DNA of 64,000 nt from an uncultured Actinomycetota bacterium. Its GTDB lineage: Bacteria > Actinomycetota > Acidimicrobiia > Spongiisociales > UBA5794. The notes beneath the pieces are model-generated. The model was not told the origin of the DNA. It saw only the letters and a list, made by a program, of their open reading frames with translations, and searched no databases. The stretch is from the NCBI GenBank assembly GCA_963836085.1, contig CAWIHT010000014.1, positions 148,530 to 212,529 of the forward strand, read 5' to 3'. This document shows positions 56,456 through 64,000 of this stretch, piece after piece (within the stretch, counting starts at the first letter, position 1; each line of letters begins with the position of its first letter). A program made the position numbers and the translations under genes.

Positions 56456-57862
56456 ATGCGTCTGAGATTCCCTCGCCCGCGCAACGTCATCGAGACGCTG
56501 AGAGACCTCGCCCGTCGGCGCCCCGACGAGGCCGAGGCCTACCTCGACGCGCACCAAGACGAGTGGGAAGCGATCGCAGAGTCCACGCCAGAGAACGCCG
56601 CGGACATTCTCGAAGCACTGGAGGAGGGAGGCGCCGCTGATCTCCTCAAGGATCTCGACCCGGATGACGCCGGCGAGGTTCTCGATGAAATGCGGCCTGA
56701 GGCGGCCGCCGACGTCCTCGAGGAGATCAGCCCAGCTCGGGCGGCCGAGATGATCTCGATGATGGGCGCCGACCAGGCGGCCGACGTGATCGCCGTTATG
56801 GAACCAGAGAAACGTACCGCGCTGCTCGCAGCCCTCGACAAGGATGCGGCCACCGAGATTTTCAACCTCCTCGCATACGCCGCCGACACCGCCGGCGGCA
56901 TGATGACCACCGACTACGCGGTCCTCCCCGCCGGGATCCCTGCCGGTGAATCCATCGAGGCACTGCGTCGCCTCCACGAACAGCTGGGATCGAACCTGGC
57001 ATACGTGTACGTCACCGACGATCGGAACCTCCTCCGAGGCGTCGTATCGTTCCGCGATATCGTCTTCGCCCGTCCGGCCGATGCACTCGAGGACGTGATG
57101 CTCGCCGACCCGGTCTCGGTGACCCCGGCAACTGACCGCGAGGTCGTCGCCGAACTGATGCAGCGCTACCACTTGCTCGCCATCCCCGTGGTCAATGACG
57201 ACGGTCGCTTGGTCGGGATGGTCAAGGTCTCGGAGGCGCTGGAAGCGATCCAGGCCGAAGCCGGGGAAGACATTGCCTTGATGGTGGGCGCCGGCGAAGA
57301 GGAGACGATCTTCACACCGGTCTCGGTGTCGGTGCGTCGCCGTCTTCCCTGGATCGCCTTCAACCTGGTGGTCGGGGTGGTCCTCGCCTTTGTGATCGCC
57401 CAGTTCGAGTCGGTACTCGCGGGCGCCGTCATCCTCGCGGCCTACATGCCGCTGGTTGCGCTCCTTGGCGGCAACTCCGGTGCGCAGAGCCTCGCCGTCA
57501 TCATCCGTTCCATCGCGATCGGCGATCTTCCCCGGGGCCGCGCGCGCCGGGCGGTTCGTCGAGAGATGGCGGTCACGGCGATTGATGCGGTCGCCATCGC
57601 GGTCCTGGCAGCCATCGTTGGCGCAATCACCGTCGGGCTCTTCGGAGCCGAATCGGGCGTGGATCAGTGGCAGATCGCCGTCATCCTGTTCGTGTCCGTG
57701 ATCGTGTCGATCAGCATCGGGGGAATCGTCGGAGCGAGCATCCCGATCATCCTGCGGCGTCTCGGCCAGGATCCGGCACTCGCCTCGAACATCTTCCTCA
57801 CAATGACGACCGACCTCGTGAGCTTTGCGAGTTTCCTGATTACCGCGGCAGTGCTGTTGTAG
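56456..57862 (+). CDS. mgtE: Magnesium transporter MgtE
   Basis: MgtE N-domain, CBS pair, and a 5-TM MgtE channel domain with the acidic GNSGAQ motif region. Confidence 0.85.
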   Translation: MRLRFPRPRNVIETLRDLARRRPDEAEAYLDAHQDEWEAIAESTPENAADILEALEEGGAADLLKDLDPDDAGEVLDEMRPEAAADVLEEISPARAAEMISMMGADQAADVIAVMEPEKRTALLAALDKDAATEIFNLLAYAADTAGGMMTTDYAVLPAGIPAGESIEALRRLHEQLGSNLAYVYVTDDRNLLRGVVSFRDIVFARPADALEDVMLADPVSVTPATDREVVAELMQRYHLLAIPVVNDDGRLVGMVKVSEALEAIQAEAGEDIALMVGAGEEETIFTPVSVSVRRRLPWIAFNLVVGVVLAFVIAQFESVLAGAVILAAYMPLVALLGGNSGAQSLAVIIRSIAIGDLPRGRARRAVRREMAVTAIDAVAIAVLAAIVGAITVGLFGAESGVDQWQIAVILFVSVIVSISIGGIVGASIPIILRRLGQDPALASNIFLTMTTDLVSFASFLITAAVLL

Positions 57863-57878
57863 AGGCAGCTGGCAGCCT

Positions 57879-58390
57879 CTACGACCCCAAGACCGCGGTT
57901 CCTGAGTCTTCGAAGGGTCCGAGGTACACGATGCGGAATCCGTCTTCGAGTCGGGCGAGGTAGTGGACTTCGAGGATGCGTTGCTGTCCCGCGTCCGGTT
58001 CTTCGAGCAGCACCGCTTCGGCGGCTTCGGGCGAGTCGACCACGTGCGCAACAGGATCGGCGGGAACCGATCTGCTGCGTCTGCGATCACCTCGTAGATA
58101 TCGAGATCCGAGAGGCTCGTATACGAAGCCGGATCGAGCAGGAGCACCACGGTGTCACCCGTCTCGGGGACGACGATCCGTTCGACAATCTGATACTCAG
58201 GGAATGGCGGGGGTTCCTGAGGGACGGTCGTGGTGGTCGTTGGTGCGGTCGTGGTCGTTGGTGCGGTCGTGGTGGTCGTCGTCGTGGTCGTCGTCGGCGC
58301 GGTCGTGGTGGTCTCTTCGCTCGAGGATGAGCACGAAGCAACAACCATCGCCATCGCCACTACGAGGAAGATCTTCGATGCCATGTGCAC
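57879..58390 (-). pseudogene. Lipoprotein gene with apparent 1-nt frameshift near 58062-58072 (authentic pseudogene, or sequence error)
   Basis: Frame A reads MHMASKIFLVVAMAMVVASCSS plus T-rich linker then ...IVVPETGDTVVLLLDPASYTSLSDLDIYEVIADAAD and degenerates. Frame -1 continues SVPADPVAHVVDSPEAAEAVLLEEPDAGQQRILEVHYLARLEDGFRIVYLGPFEDSGTAVLGS* to a stop 17 nt from the convergent mgtE stop. Confidence 0.5.
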
Positions 58391-58395
58391 CGATT

Positions 58396-58833
58396 CTACC
58401 GGTTCTGACTGTTGGTGCCGACGTCAACCCAGGTCTCGTAGTCGACGCCCTCCATCCAGGTCGATCCGTTGACGATACGAAAGCGGCGGCGCACCTCGTC
58501 GAACGCATCCTGGGATGGAGATTCTTCGAAGTCCCGCTCGGCGAGTTCGAGGCCTGGGCGCCACGCGGGGATGCCGACGGCGATGTCCACCCGGGTCTCC
58601 CACGATGGCTCGCCCTGGTATCGGGCGGCGTCTGGCGACGACCAGAACTTCTGGAGTTTCCCTGCGATCCGGACCGCTCGGCGCAGCGATCGGGCGGTCA
58701 CCTTGTCGATCGATTGAACGTCGATCGCCGCGTTCTCCAGCCATTCAGCGTATGCCTCGTCGCCCCAGCGATCCGGGTCCATGACCACATCCCGATAGAG
58801 ATCGTCGATCGCGAACGCAAGAGTGAGGCTCAT
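58396..58833 (-). CDS. Hypothetical protein (145 aa, acidic, Trp-rich)
   Basis: Clean ORF with good coding appearance, tightly packed with neighbours. No family. Confidence 0.5.
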   Translation of the reverse strand: MSLTLAFAIDDLYRDVVMDPDRWGDEAYAEWLENAAIDVQSIDKVTARSLRRAVRIAGKLQKFWSSPDAARYQGEPSWETRVDIAVGIPAWRPGLELAERDFEESPSQDAFDEVRRRFRIVNGSTWMEGVDYETWVDVGTNSQNR

Positions 58834-59666
58834 GGCCCAACCTCTTCCATCACCATTGCACGGAACCCCTCCTGCAGCACTGCAGTTCCCGGTCCGGGTT
58901 GGAACGGACGATCATCGATGAGTGAGACGCCCTTGATCTCGCGCACCGTCGACATCGCGACCACCTCGTCAGCCTCGGCAAGCATGTCGACGTCGTAGAC
59001 GCCCTCGCGAACCTCGATGCCGACCCGTTCCGCGACCTCGATGGCGGTACACCGCGTGATCGACTCGAGAATGCCAAGGTCGAGTCCCGGTGTGAAGAGG
59101 ACACCGCCGCTGATCCATCCAACCGAGAACGTGGGGCCTTCGAGCACGTTGCCGCTGCGGCCGAGGAGGAGGGCGTCGTCAAACCCATCCTGCTGGGCGG
59201 CGACGGTTGCCGTGAGGTTGAATCCGTAAGAGAGCGCCTTCGCGCCGGTGAGTTCGAACCAGTCGCCATCACTGTGCCACGGAGCGACCCGCGACTGAAG
59301 ACGCATGGTCTCGGGCCCGCTGTGCACCGACTCGGCGAACACGACGATCTTCGAGTCGGTTCCCGGCCGGTACGGGTCGACGCCGCCGGAGATGAAGACC
59401 CGTACGACGGAATCGCCGGCTTCGGTGGCGACCGAACGGCACCAAGCGGCGATCGTCTCGCGGTCTGGCGCCGGCAACCGGAGTTTCGTCGCGCTCATCT
59501 CGAGGCGCGTGAGGTGCTGGTCCAGGCGGAACACCGTGCCGTTGTAGGCACGCATCGCTTCGAAACAGCCGTAGCCACGCTGGAAGCCGATGTCGAACAC
59601 AGAGATCGCGGCGTGATCAGCGTCCGAGGGGACGCCGTCGATGAGGACAGATCCAAGAACAGCCAT
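58830..59666 (-). CDS. Class IV aminotransferase (aminodeoxychorismate lyase PabC / BCAT-like)
   Basis: Fold-type IV PLP enzyme features (FRLDQHLTRL, EGPTFSV, ILESITR). Confidence 0.75.
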   Translation of the reverse strand: MAVLGSVLIDGVPSDADHAAISVFDIGFQRGYGCFEAMRAYNGTVFRLDQHLTRLEMSATKLRLPAPDRETIAAWCRSVATEAGDSVVRVFISGGVDPYRPGTDSKIVVFAESVHSGPETMRLQSRVAPWHSDGDWFELTGAKALSYGFNLTATVAAQQDGFDDALLLGRSGNVLEGPTFSVGWISGGVLFTPGLDLGILESITRCTAIEVAERVGIEVREGVYDVDMLAEADEVVAMSTVREIKGVSLIDDRPFQPGPGTAVLQEGFRAMVMEEVGP

Positions 59667-59776
59667 AGGTCAAGCGTAGAGCCTCGTCGGAGGTCATCCA
59701 CCAGTGAGGAGCCACGGACCGCTAATCACCACCCCGGCCGCACGTCCTCGCCCTCCTCGCAACTGGTAGCTGACGA

Positions 59777-61483
59777 CTACTGGCTGAGGTACCGATTGGT
59801 GATCGGGAGTCGCCGGTCCCGCCCAAATCCCTTGCGGGTGATCTTCACACCCGGGGGTGCTTGACGGCGCTTGTACTCGTTGCGGTCGACCATGCGTCCG
59901 ATGCGGGACACCAGCGCTCGATCGTATCCGGCCTCGGTGATCTCGTTCACGGTCCGGTCTCGCTCGATGTACTCCTCGAGGACCGCGTCGAGGACGTCAT
60001 AGGGCGGGAGCGAGTCGGTGTCGAACTGATCCGGGCGGAGTTCGGCAGATGGGGCTTTGTCGATGATCTCCTGAGGGATCATCACGCTGTTGCGGTTTCT
60101 CCAGCGAGCGAGGCGGTAGACGACGGTCTTGTAGACGTCCTTGAGCACGGCGTAGCCGCCGGCCATGTCTCCGTAGAGGGTCGCGTAGCCGACGGCCATC
60201 TCCGACTTGTTGCCGGTCGCGACGACCATACCGCCGAACTTGTTGGACACACCCATCAGGATCGTCCCACGGATTCTGGCCTGGAGGTTCTCTTCGGCAA
60301 CACCGGACGGGGTACCGTGGAAGAGCGGATCGAGGGTCTCGAGGAACGCCCCGAACGCCTTCTCGATCGGAATGACCGTGAACCGGCAGCCGAAGTTCTC
60401 AGCCAAGGCCCGCGAGTCCGCGACCGATCCCTCGGATGAGTAGCGCGACGGCATCGTCAGCGTGTGCACCGCTCTCGGACCGAGTGCGTCGACCGCTACA
60501 GCGACGGTCAACGCAGAGTCGATCCCACCGGAGGATGCGATCACAACTTCTTTGAATCCGTTCTTCGTCACATAGCCGCGCAGTCCTGTGACGAGTGCCT
60601 CGTAGACGGCGGCTTCGTCCGAAAGACGATCCACCGAGTCCGGTGTGCGAATCGGATCCCGGCCGGTCGCAGCGTCCACCGCCGGTACGGCTTCCACGGT
60701 GCGGTCGCGCCCGGTTGGGACCGGAACATCGAGGACAAACAGTTCCTCACTGAACTGCGGTGCCCGATAGACAAGGGATCCTTCGGCGTCGAAGACCATT
60801 GAATCGCCGTCGAAGACGAGTTCGTCCTGCCCTCCGACGCAGTTCACGTAGACGATCGCCGCGGAGCTTCGCTTCGCCTCGGCCGACAGCAATTCCACAC
60901 GCTCGGCGCCCTTCCCCGCGTGGAACGGCGAACCGTTCAGATTCAAGAGCAGTGTCGCTCCAGCCTCGGCCTGACGGGCCGGCGGGCCGTGCGGCGACCA
61001 GATGTCCTCGCAGATCGAGACGCCGGCGGCAACACCGGCGATCTCCCAAAGCCGCGTCGGCTCGCGGCTCTCAGCGAAGTAGCGGGCCTCATCGAACACC
61101 CCGTAGTTCGGGAGAAGCTCCTTGTGATACACCCCCACGATGCGCCCGCCGGCAAGCACGGCCGCCGCATTGGCAACACGCCGCTCAACGGAGTCGTCGT
61201 CGAGTACGCCACGATCGAGCGGATCGACGAATCCGACCACAACCGCGCATCGGCCGGAAGCCCTGGCCAGTCGATCCAACACGCCGAGGTTCTCTTCGAT
61301 GAACCCCTCACGCAGGACCAGATCCTCGGGCGGATAGCCGACGATTGCTAGCTCGGGGAGAAGCAGCACATCGGCCTCGGCATTCTCAGCGAAGTGCATC
61401 GCCTCCAGGATGCGTTCCTCGTTGCCGAGGAGGTCCCCGACGGTGAGGTCGATCTGCGCTCCGGCGACCCTGATCGTGTTCAT
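59777..61483 (-). CDS. nadE: Glutamine-dependent NAD+ synthetase
   Basis: N-terminal CN-hydrolase domain plus C-terminal NAD synthetase with PP-loop SGGIDS. Confidence 0.85.
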   Translation of the reverse strand: MNTIRVAGAQIDLTVGDLLGNEERILEAMHFAENAEADVLLLPELAIVGYPPEDLVLREGFIEENLGVLDRLARASGRCAVVVGFVDPLDRGVLDDDSVERRVANAAAVLAGGRIVGVYHKELLPNYGVFDEARYFAESREPTRLWEIAGVAAGVSICEDIWSPHGPPARQAEAGATLLLNLNGSPFHAGKGAERVELLSAEAKRSSAAIVYVNCVGGQDELVFDGDSMVFDAEGSLVYRAPQFSEELFVLDVPVPTGRDRTVEAVPAVDAATGRDPIRTPDSVDRLSDEAAVYEALVTGLRGYVTKNGFKEVVIASSGGIDSALTVAVAVDALGPRAVHTLTMPSRYSSEGSVADSRALAENFGCRFTVIPIEKAFGAFLETLDPLFHGTPSGVAEENLQARIRGTILMGVSNKFGGMVVATGNKSEMAVGYATLYGDMAGGYAVLKDVYKTVVYRLARWRNRNSVMIPQEIIDKAPSAELRPDQFDTDSLPPYDVLDAVLEEYIERDRTVNEITEAGYDRALVSRIGRMVDRNEYKRRQAPPGVKITRKGFGRDRRLPITNRYLSQ

Positions 61484-62613
61484 AGACCAGCAACCGTCTC
61501 TTCGATGAGGAAGTCGACCACGCCGATCAAGGCTTCCCGTTCATCTGCACCCGACGCCAGGGCACCCTCGTAGACGAGTCTCTGGCGATCGGCGCTCGTG
61601 CCGCGCCGCAGGATCTCCCTGACGTGAGCGATCTCCTCGACACAGTCGAGGCGACGGGCGTCCTCAGCGGTGAGCTCGATCAGTTCCTCGACGAGTTCGG
61701 GGATCGGTACGAGTTTCCCAATGCCGAAGTCGATGAGTGATTCCGAGATGCCGTAGCGCTGAGCGCGCCAGATGTTCTCCTTGATGAGCATGCGGGAGTA
61801 GACCCGCCAGCGCTGGTTGTCTTGGCGGAGTCGCCACAACATCGACAGCAACGACACGTAGAAGGCGGCGAGCGTGATGCCGTCATCGAGGCGGGTGGCG
61901 ATGTCGGTCGACCGCATCTCGAGCGTCGGATAACGGCCGGACGGACGGATATCCCACCAGAGCTTCGTCGTGTCCTCGATCACACCCGAGGTCACGAGGA
62001 TCTGGGCGTGGCGCTGATAGTCGCTCCAGTCGAGGAACTCATCCGGCATGCCGGTGCGGGGCAGCGTCCGGAACACGGCCGTGCGGTACGAGTTCAGGCC
62101 TGTGTCGTCGCCGTGCCAGAACGGCGAGGATGTCGAGAGCGCGAGCAGGTGCGGAAGGAAGTACAGCACCTGGTTCATCAGATCGATGCGGACGTCCTCG
62201 TCCTCGATCCCGACGTGAACATGCATGCCGCAGATCAACAGGCGGCGAACCACACCCTGGAGGGCTTCGGCGAGGGTGTTGTACTGCGACTTGTCGGTGT
62301 GGAGCTGCTCATCCCATGCCGCGAACGGGTGGGTCGATGCTGAGATGATCGCCATTCCGTATTCGGACACGACGTTCGCCACATCGGTACGCAACTGGGC
62401 GAGGTGGGCCCTGGCCTCCTTCACGTTCTGGCTCACCGGGGTGCCCACTTCGATCTGGGATCGGATGAACTCCGGGCTGACCATCCCCTCGGTGATCTCT
62501 TCGCACGCAGCGAGCAAACCGGCCGGCATGTCGGGAACGAGGCCGCGGGTCTCCCGATCGACGATGAAGTACTCCTCCTCGATTCCAATCGTGAAGGTGG
62601 GCTGTTTCGGCAT
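61480..62613 (-). CDS. Carboxylate-amine ligase, glutamate-cysteine ligase family 2 (YbdK-like)
   Basis: TIGIEEEYFIVD and GMHVHVG motifs. Start MPKQPTF preceded by GAGGAGGAA. Confidence 0.8.
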   Translation of the reverse strand: MPKQPTFTIGIEEEYFIVDRETRGLVPDMPAGLLAACEEITEGMVSPEFIRSQIEVGTPVSQNVKEARAHLAQLRTDVANVVSEYGMAIISASTHPFAAWDEQLHTDKSQYNTLAEALQGVVRRLLICGMHVHVGIEDEDVRIDLMNQVLYFLPHLLALSTSSPFWHGDDTGLNSYRTAVFRTLPRTGMPDEFLDWSDYQRHAQILVTSGVIEDTTKLWWDIRPSGRYPTLEMRSTDIATRLDDGITLAAFYVSLLSMLWRLRQDNQRWRVYSRMLIKENIWRAQRYGISESLIDFGIGKLVPIPELVEELIELTAEDARRLDCVEEIAHVREILRRGTSADRQRLVYEGALASGADEREALIGVVDFLIEETVAGL

Positions 62614-62676
62614 GGTTCCTCCTCGCCCGTAGCGTAGGGAGGGTCGAGTGCGCGCGAAACCCTTAGAATCTCTCCA

Positions 62677-63852
62677 ATGCCCAGCCTCGCCGAACGTGTC
62701 GCCGCGCACGCCGCCACCATCGCCCCCGACGCCATCCGGATACGCCGCGACCTCCATCGCCACCCCGAGGTCTCATGGTCGGAGCGGCGCACGACCTACC
62801 GCATCGCCGAAGCGCTCTCAGAACACGGTCTCGAACCCAAGGTCCGGGACGACCTTGTCGGTCTGACGGTCGAAGTTGGCGATGGGCCGCCCGTGGTCGG
62901 GTTCCGTGCCGACATCGACGCCCTCCCCATCCACGAGAACACGGGCCTCCCCTATCGATCCCAGACCGACGGGGTGATGCACGCGTGCGGACACGATGCC
63001 CACGCCGCAATGGCCATCGGGATCGCCAGGACCCTCGCGCTCGTCGGCGACCTCCCTGGCACGGCGAGGATCATCTTCCAACCGGCGGAAGAGGAGCTTC
63101 CGTCCGGTGCTGCCAAACTCGTTGAGGAGGGCGTCCACCGGGACCTGCAGTCGCTGATCGCCTTCCATGTCGACCCGACCATCCCCGCGGGAGTTGTCGG
63201 ACTGAAGACGGGCCCGATCACCAGTGCCGCGGACAAGATCACCGTCCGACTCACCGGTCCCGGTGGCCACACGTCACGGCCGCATCGGACCGTCGACCTG
63301 GTCCATGTCGCAGCCCGCATCGTCGTCGACCTTCCGGCAATGGTCCGGTCGGAACTCGATCCCCGACAGCACCTCGCGATCGTGTTCGGCAAGATATCGG
63401 GTGGCGACACCGCGAACGCCATTCCCACCGAGATCGAGATCTCGGGAACGGCCCGGGTTCAGGACGGCAGTGTCTGGAACGGCCTCGCTGAGATCATCGA
63501 CCGCCAGGCTGAAGCGATCGCCGCACCGTTCGGCGCCGGAGTCTACGTCGCCCATCGTCGCGGGGCACCGCCGGTCGAGAACGACATCGACGTGATCAAG
63601 ACGATCGAGTCGGCCGCGGCATCCGTCCTGGGACCAGAAGGCATTCAGCCGACACCGCAGTCCATGGGTTCGGAGGATTTCTCGTGGCTCCTCGAAGAAG
63701 TTCCGGGAGCGCTCATCCGCCTCGGAGTCGGGACGAACGAGCATCCGGTTGATCTCCATTCACCAACCTTCGACATCGACGAGGCCGCGATCGAGCACGG
63801 GATCGCGGTGGGCGCCATCAGTCTTCTTCGGCTGATGGAACAACCACGCTGA
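62677..63852 (+). CDS. M20D family amidohydrolase (N-acyl-amino-acid / hippurate hydrolase-like)
   Basis: HACGHDAH, QPAEE and the M20D dimerisation insert. Confidence 0.8.
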   Translation: MPSLAERVAAHAATIAPDAIRIRRDLHRHPEVSWSERRTTYRIAEALSEHGLEPKVRDDLVGLTVEVGDGPPVVGFRADIDALPIHENTGLPYRSQTDGVMHACGHDAHAAMAIGIARTLALVGDLPGTARIIFQPAEEELPSGAAKLVEEGVHRDLQSLIAFHVDPTIPAGVVGLKTGPITSAADKITVRLTGPGGHTSRPHRTVDLVHVAARIVVDLPAMVRSELDPRQHLAIVFGKISGGDTANAIPTEIEISGTARVQDGSVWNGLAEIIDRQAEAIAAPFGAGVYVAHRRGAPPVENDIDVIKTIESAAASVLGPEGIQPTPQSMGSEDFSWLLEEVPGALIRLGVGTNEHPVDLHSPTFDIDEAAIEHGIAVGAISLLRLMEQPR

Positions 63853-64000
63853 AGCCCTCGGCTTCGAGTGAGCCCCGCAGGGCCGCTTCGTGGCCCGCGC
63901 GCACCGACAGGGTCAGGATTCCGCCTCCGCCGTAGGGGGCATGGCGCAGTTGGAGATCTCGGAGGTCGACGCCGCTGTCCGCGAGCGCACGGCCGACGGC
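63818..64000 (-). CDS. 3' end of a minus-strand gene continuing beyond the window (C-terminal fragment ...LQLRHAPYGGGGILTLSVRAGHEAALRGSLEAEGFSVVVPSAEED*)
   Basis: Open frame to the window edge with high GC3. Overlaps the M20D 3' end by 35 nt. Confidence 0.3.
   Translation of the reverse strand, partial: AVGRALADSGVDLRDLQLRHAPYGGGGILTLSVRAGHEAALRGSLEAEGFSVVVPSAEED

Noticed and set aside
56345-58390. 681-aa minus-strand ORF spanning the entire mgtE gene in antisense
   Set aside because: Only the first ~105 codons look like protein (lipoprotein signal plus domain). The rest is Arg/Asp/Gly-rich low-complexity sequence typical of antisense frames in high-GC DNA. mgtE on the plus strand has full family motifs.
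1-64000. Mobile elements, prophage, CRISPR or integrase next to the tRNA gene
   Set aside because: No transposase, integrase or recombinase, no spacer-repeat array, and no direct-repeat duplication flanking tRNA-Sec were found. The short heptamer repeats are far too short and few to be CRISPR.

Overview
This is a high-GC chromosomal segment with densely packed, mostly co-directional operons and Thr-rich linkers in many secreted proteins. That style suggests an actinobacterium (possibly Acidimicrobiia-like). I found no transposase, integrase, CRISPR array or recognisable defence island. The content is core metabolism and envelope functions: an osmoprotectant ABC transporter, a dipeptide ABC transporter (dppABCDF-like) followed by a flavin-reductase-like / M20 peptidase / DUF1611 operon, and a YjgR/DUF853 P-loop ATPase. 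It also holds a sigma-70 factor, a caa3-type cytochrome oxidase operon (ctaCDEFG) with ctaA-ctaB elsewhere, fadD, ppk2, a fur-dps pair, a liv-type branched-chain amino acid ABC transporter, hflX, a PIN-PhoH protein, gpsA, tag, a DAHP synthase-chorismate mutase fusion, three alpha/beta hydrolases, mgtE, nadE, a GCS2 ligase and M20D amidohydrolases. The two most interesting signals are as follows. First, there is selenocysteine-decoding machinery: a 95-nt tRNA-Sec with a UCA anticodon, and a selD whose catalytic Cys is replaced by an in-frame UGA followed by stable hairpins. No selA, selB or selenoprotein clients are in the window. Second, there is an unusual envelope locus in which a CpsD/BY-kinase-like P-loop domain with a lysine-less Walker A is fused to an extracytoplasmic LytR-CpsA-Psr domain. 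That locus is flanked by two paralogous membrane-anchored proteins and a decayed histidine-kinase fragment. Smaller observations include an apparently frameshifted lipoprotein gene under a 681-aa antisense ORF, short 7-8 nt tandem repeats in intergenic regions, and several perfect GC hairpins after stop codons. Coordinates are anchored to the supplied ORF track. Starts inside track ORFs are inferred from signal peptides, ribosome-binding sites and family N-termini.
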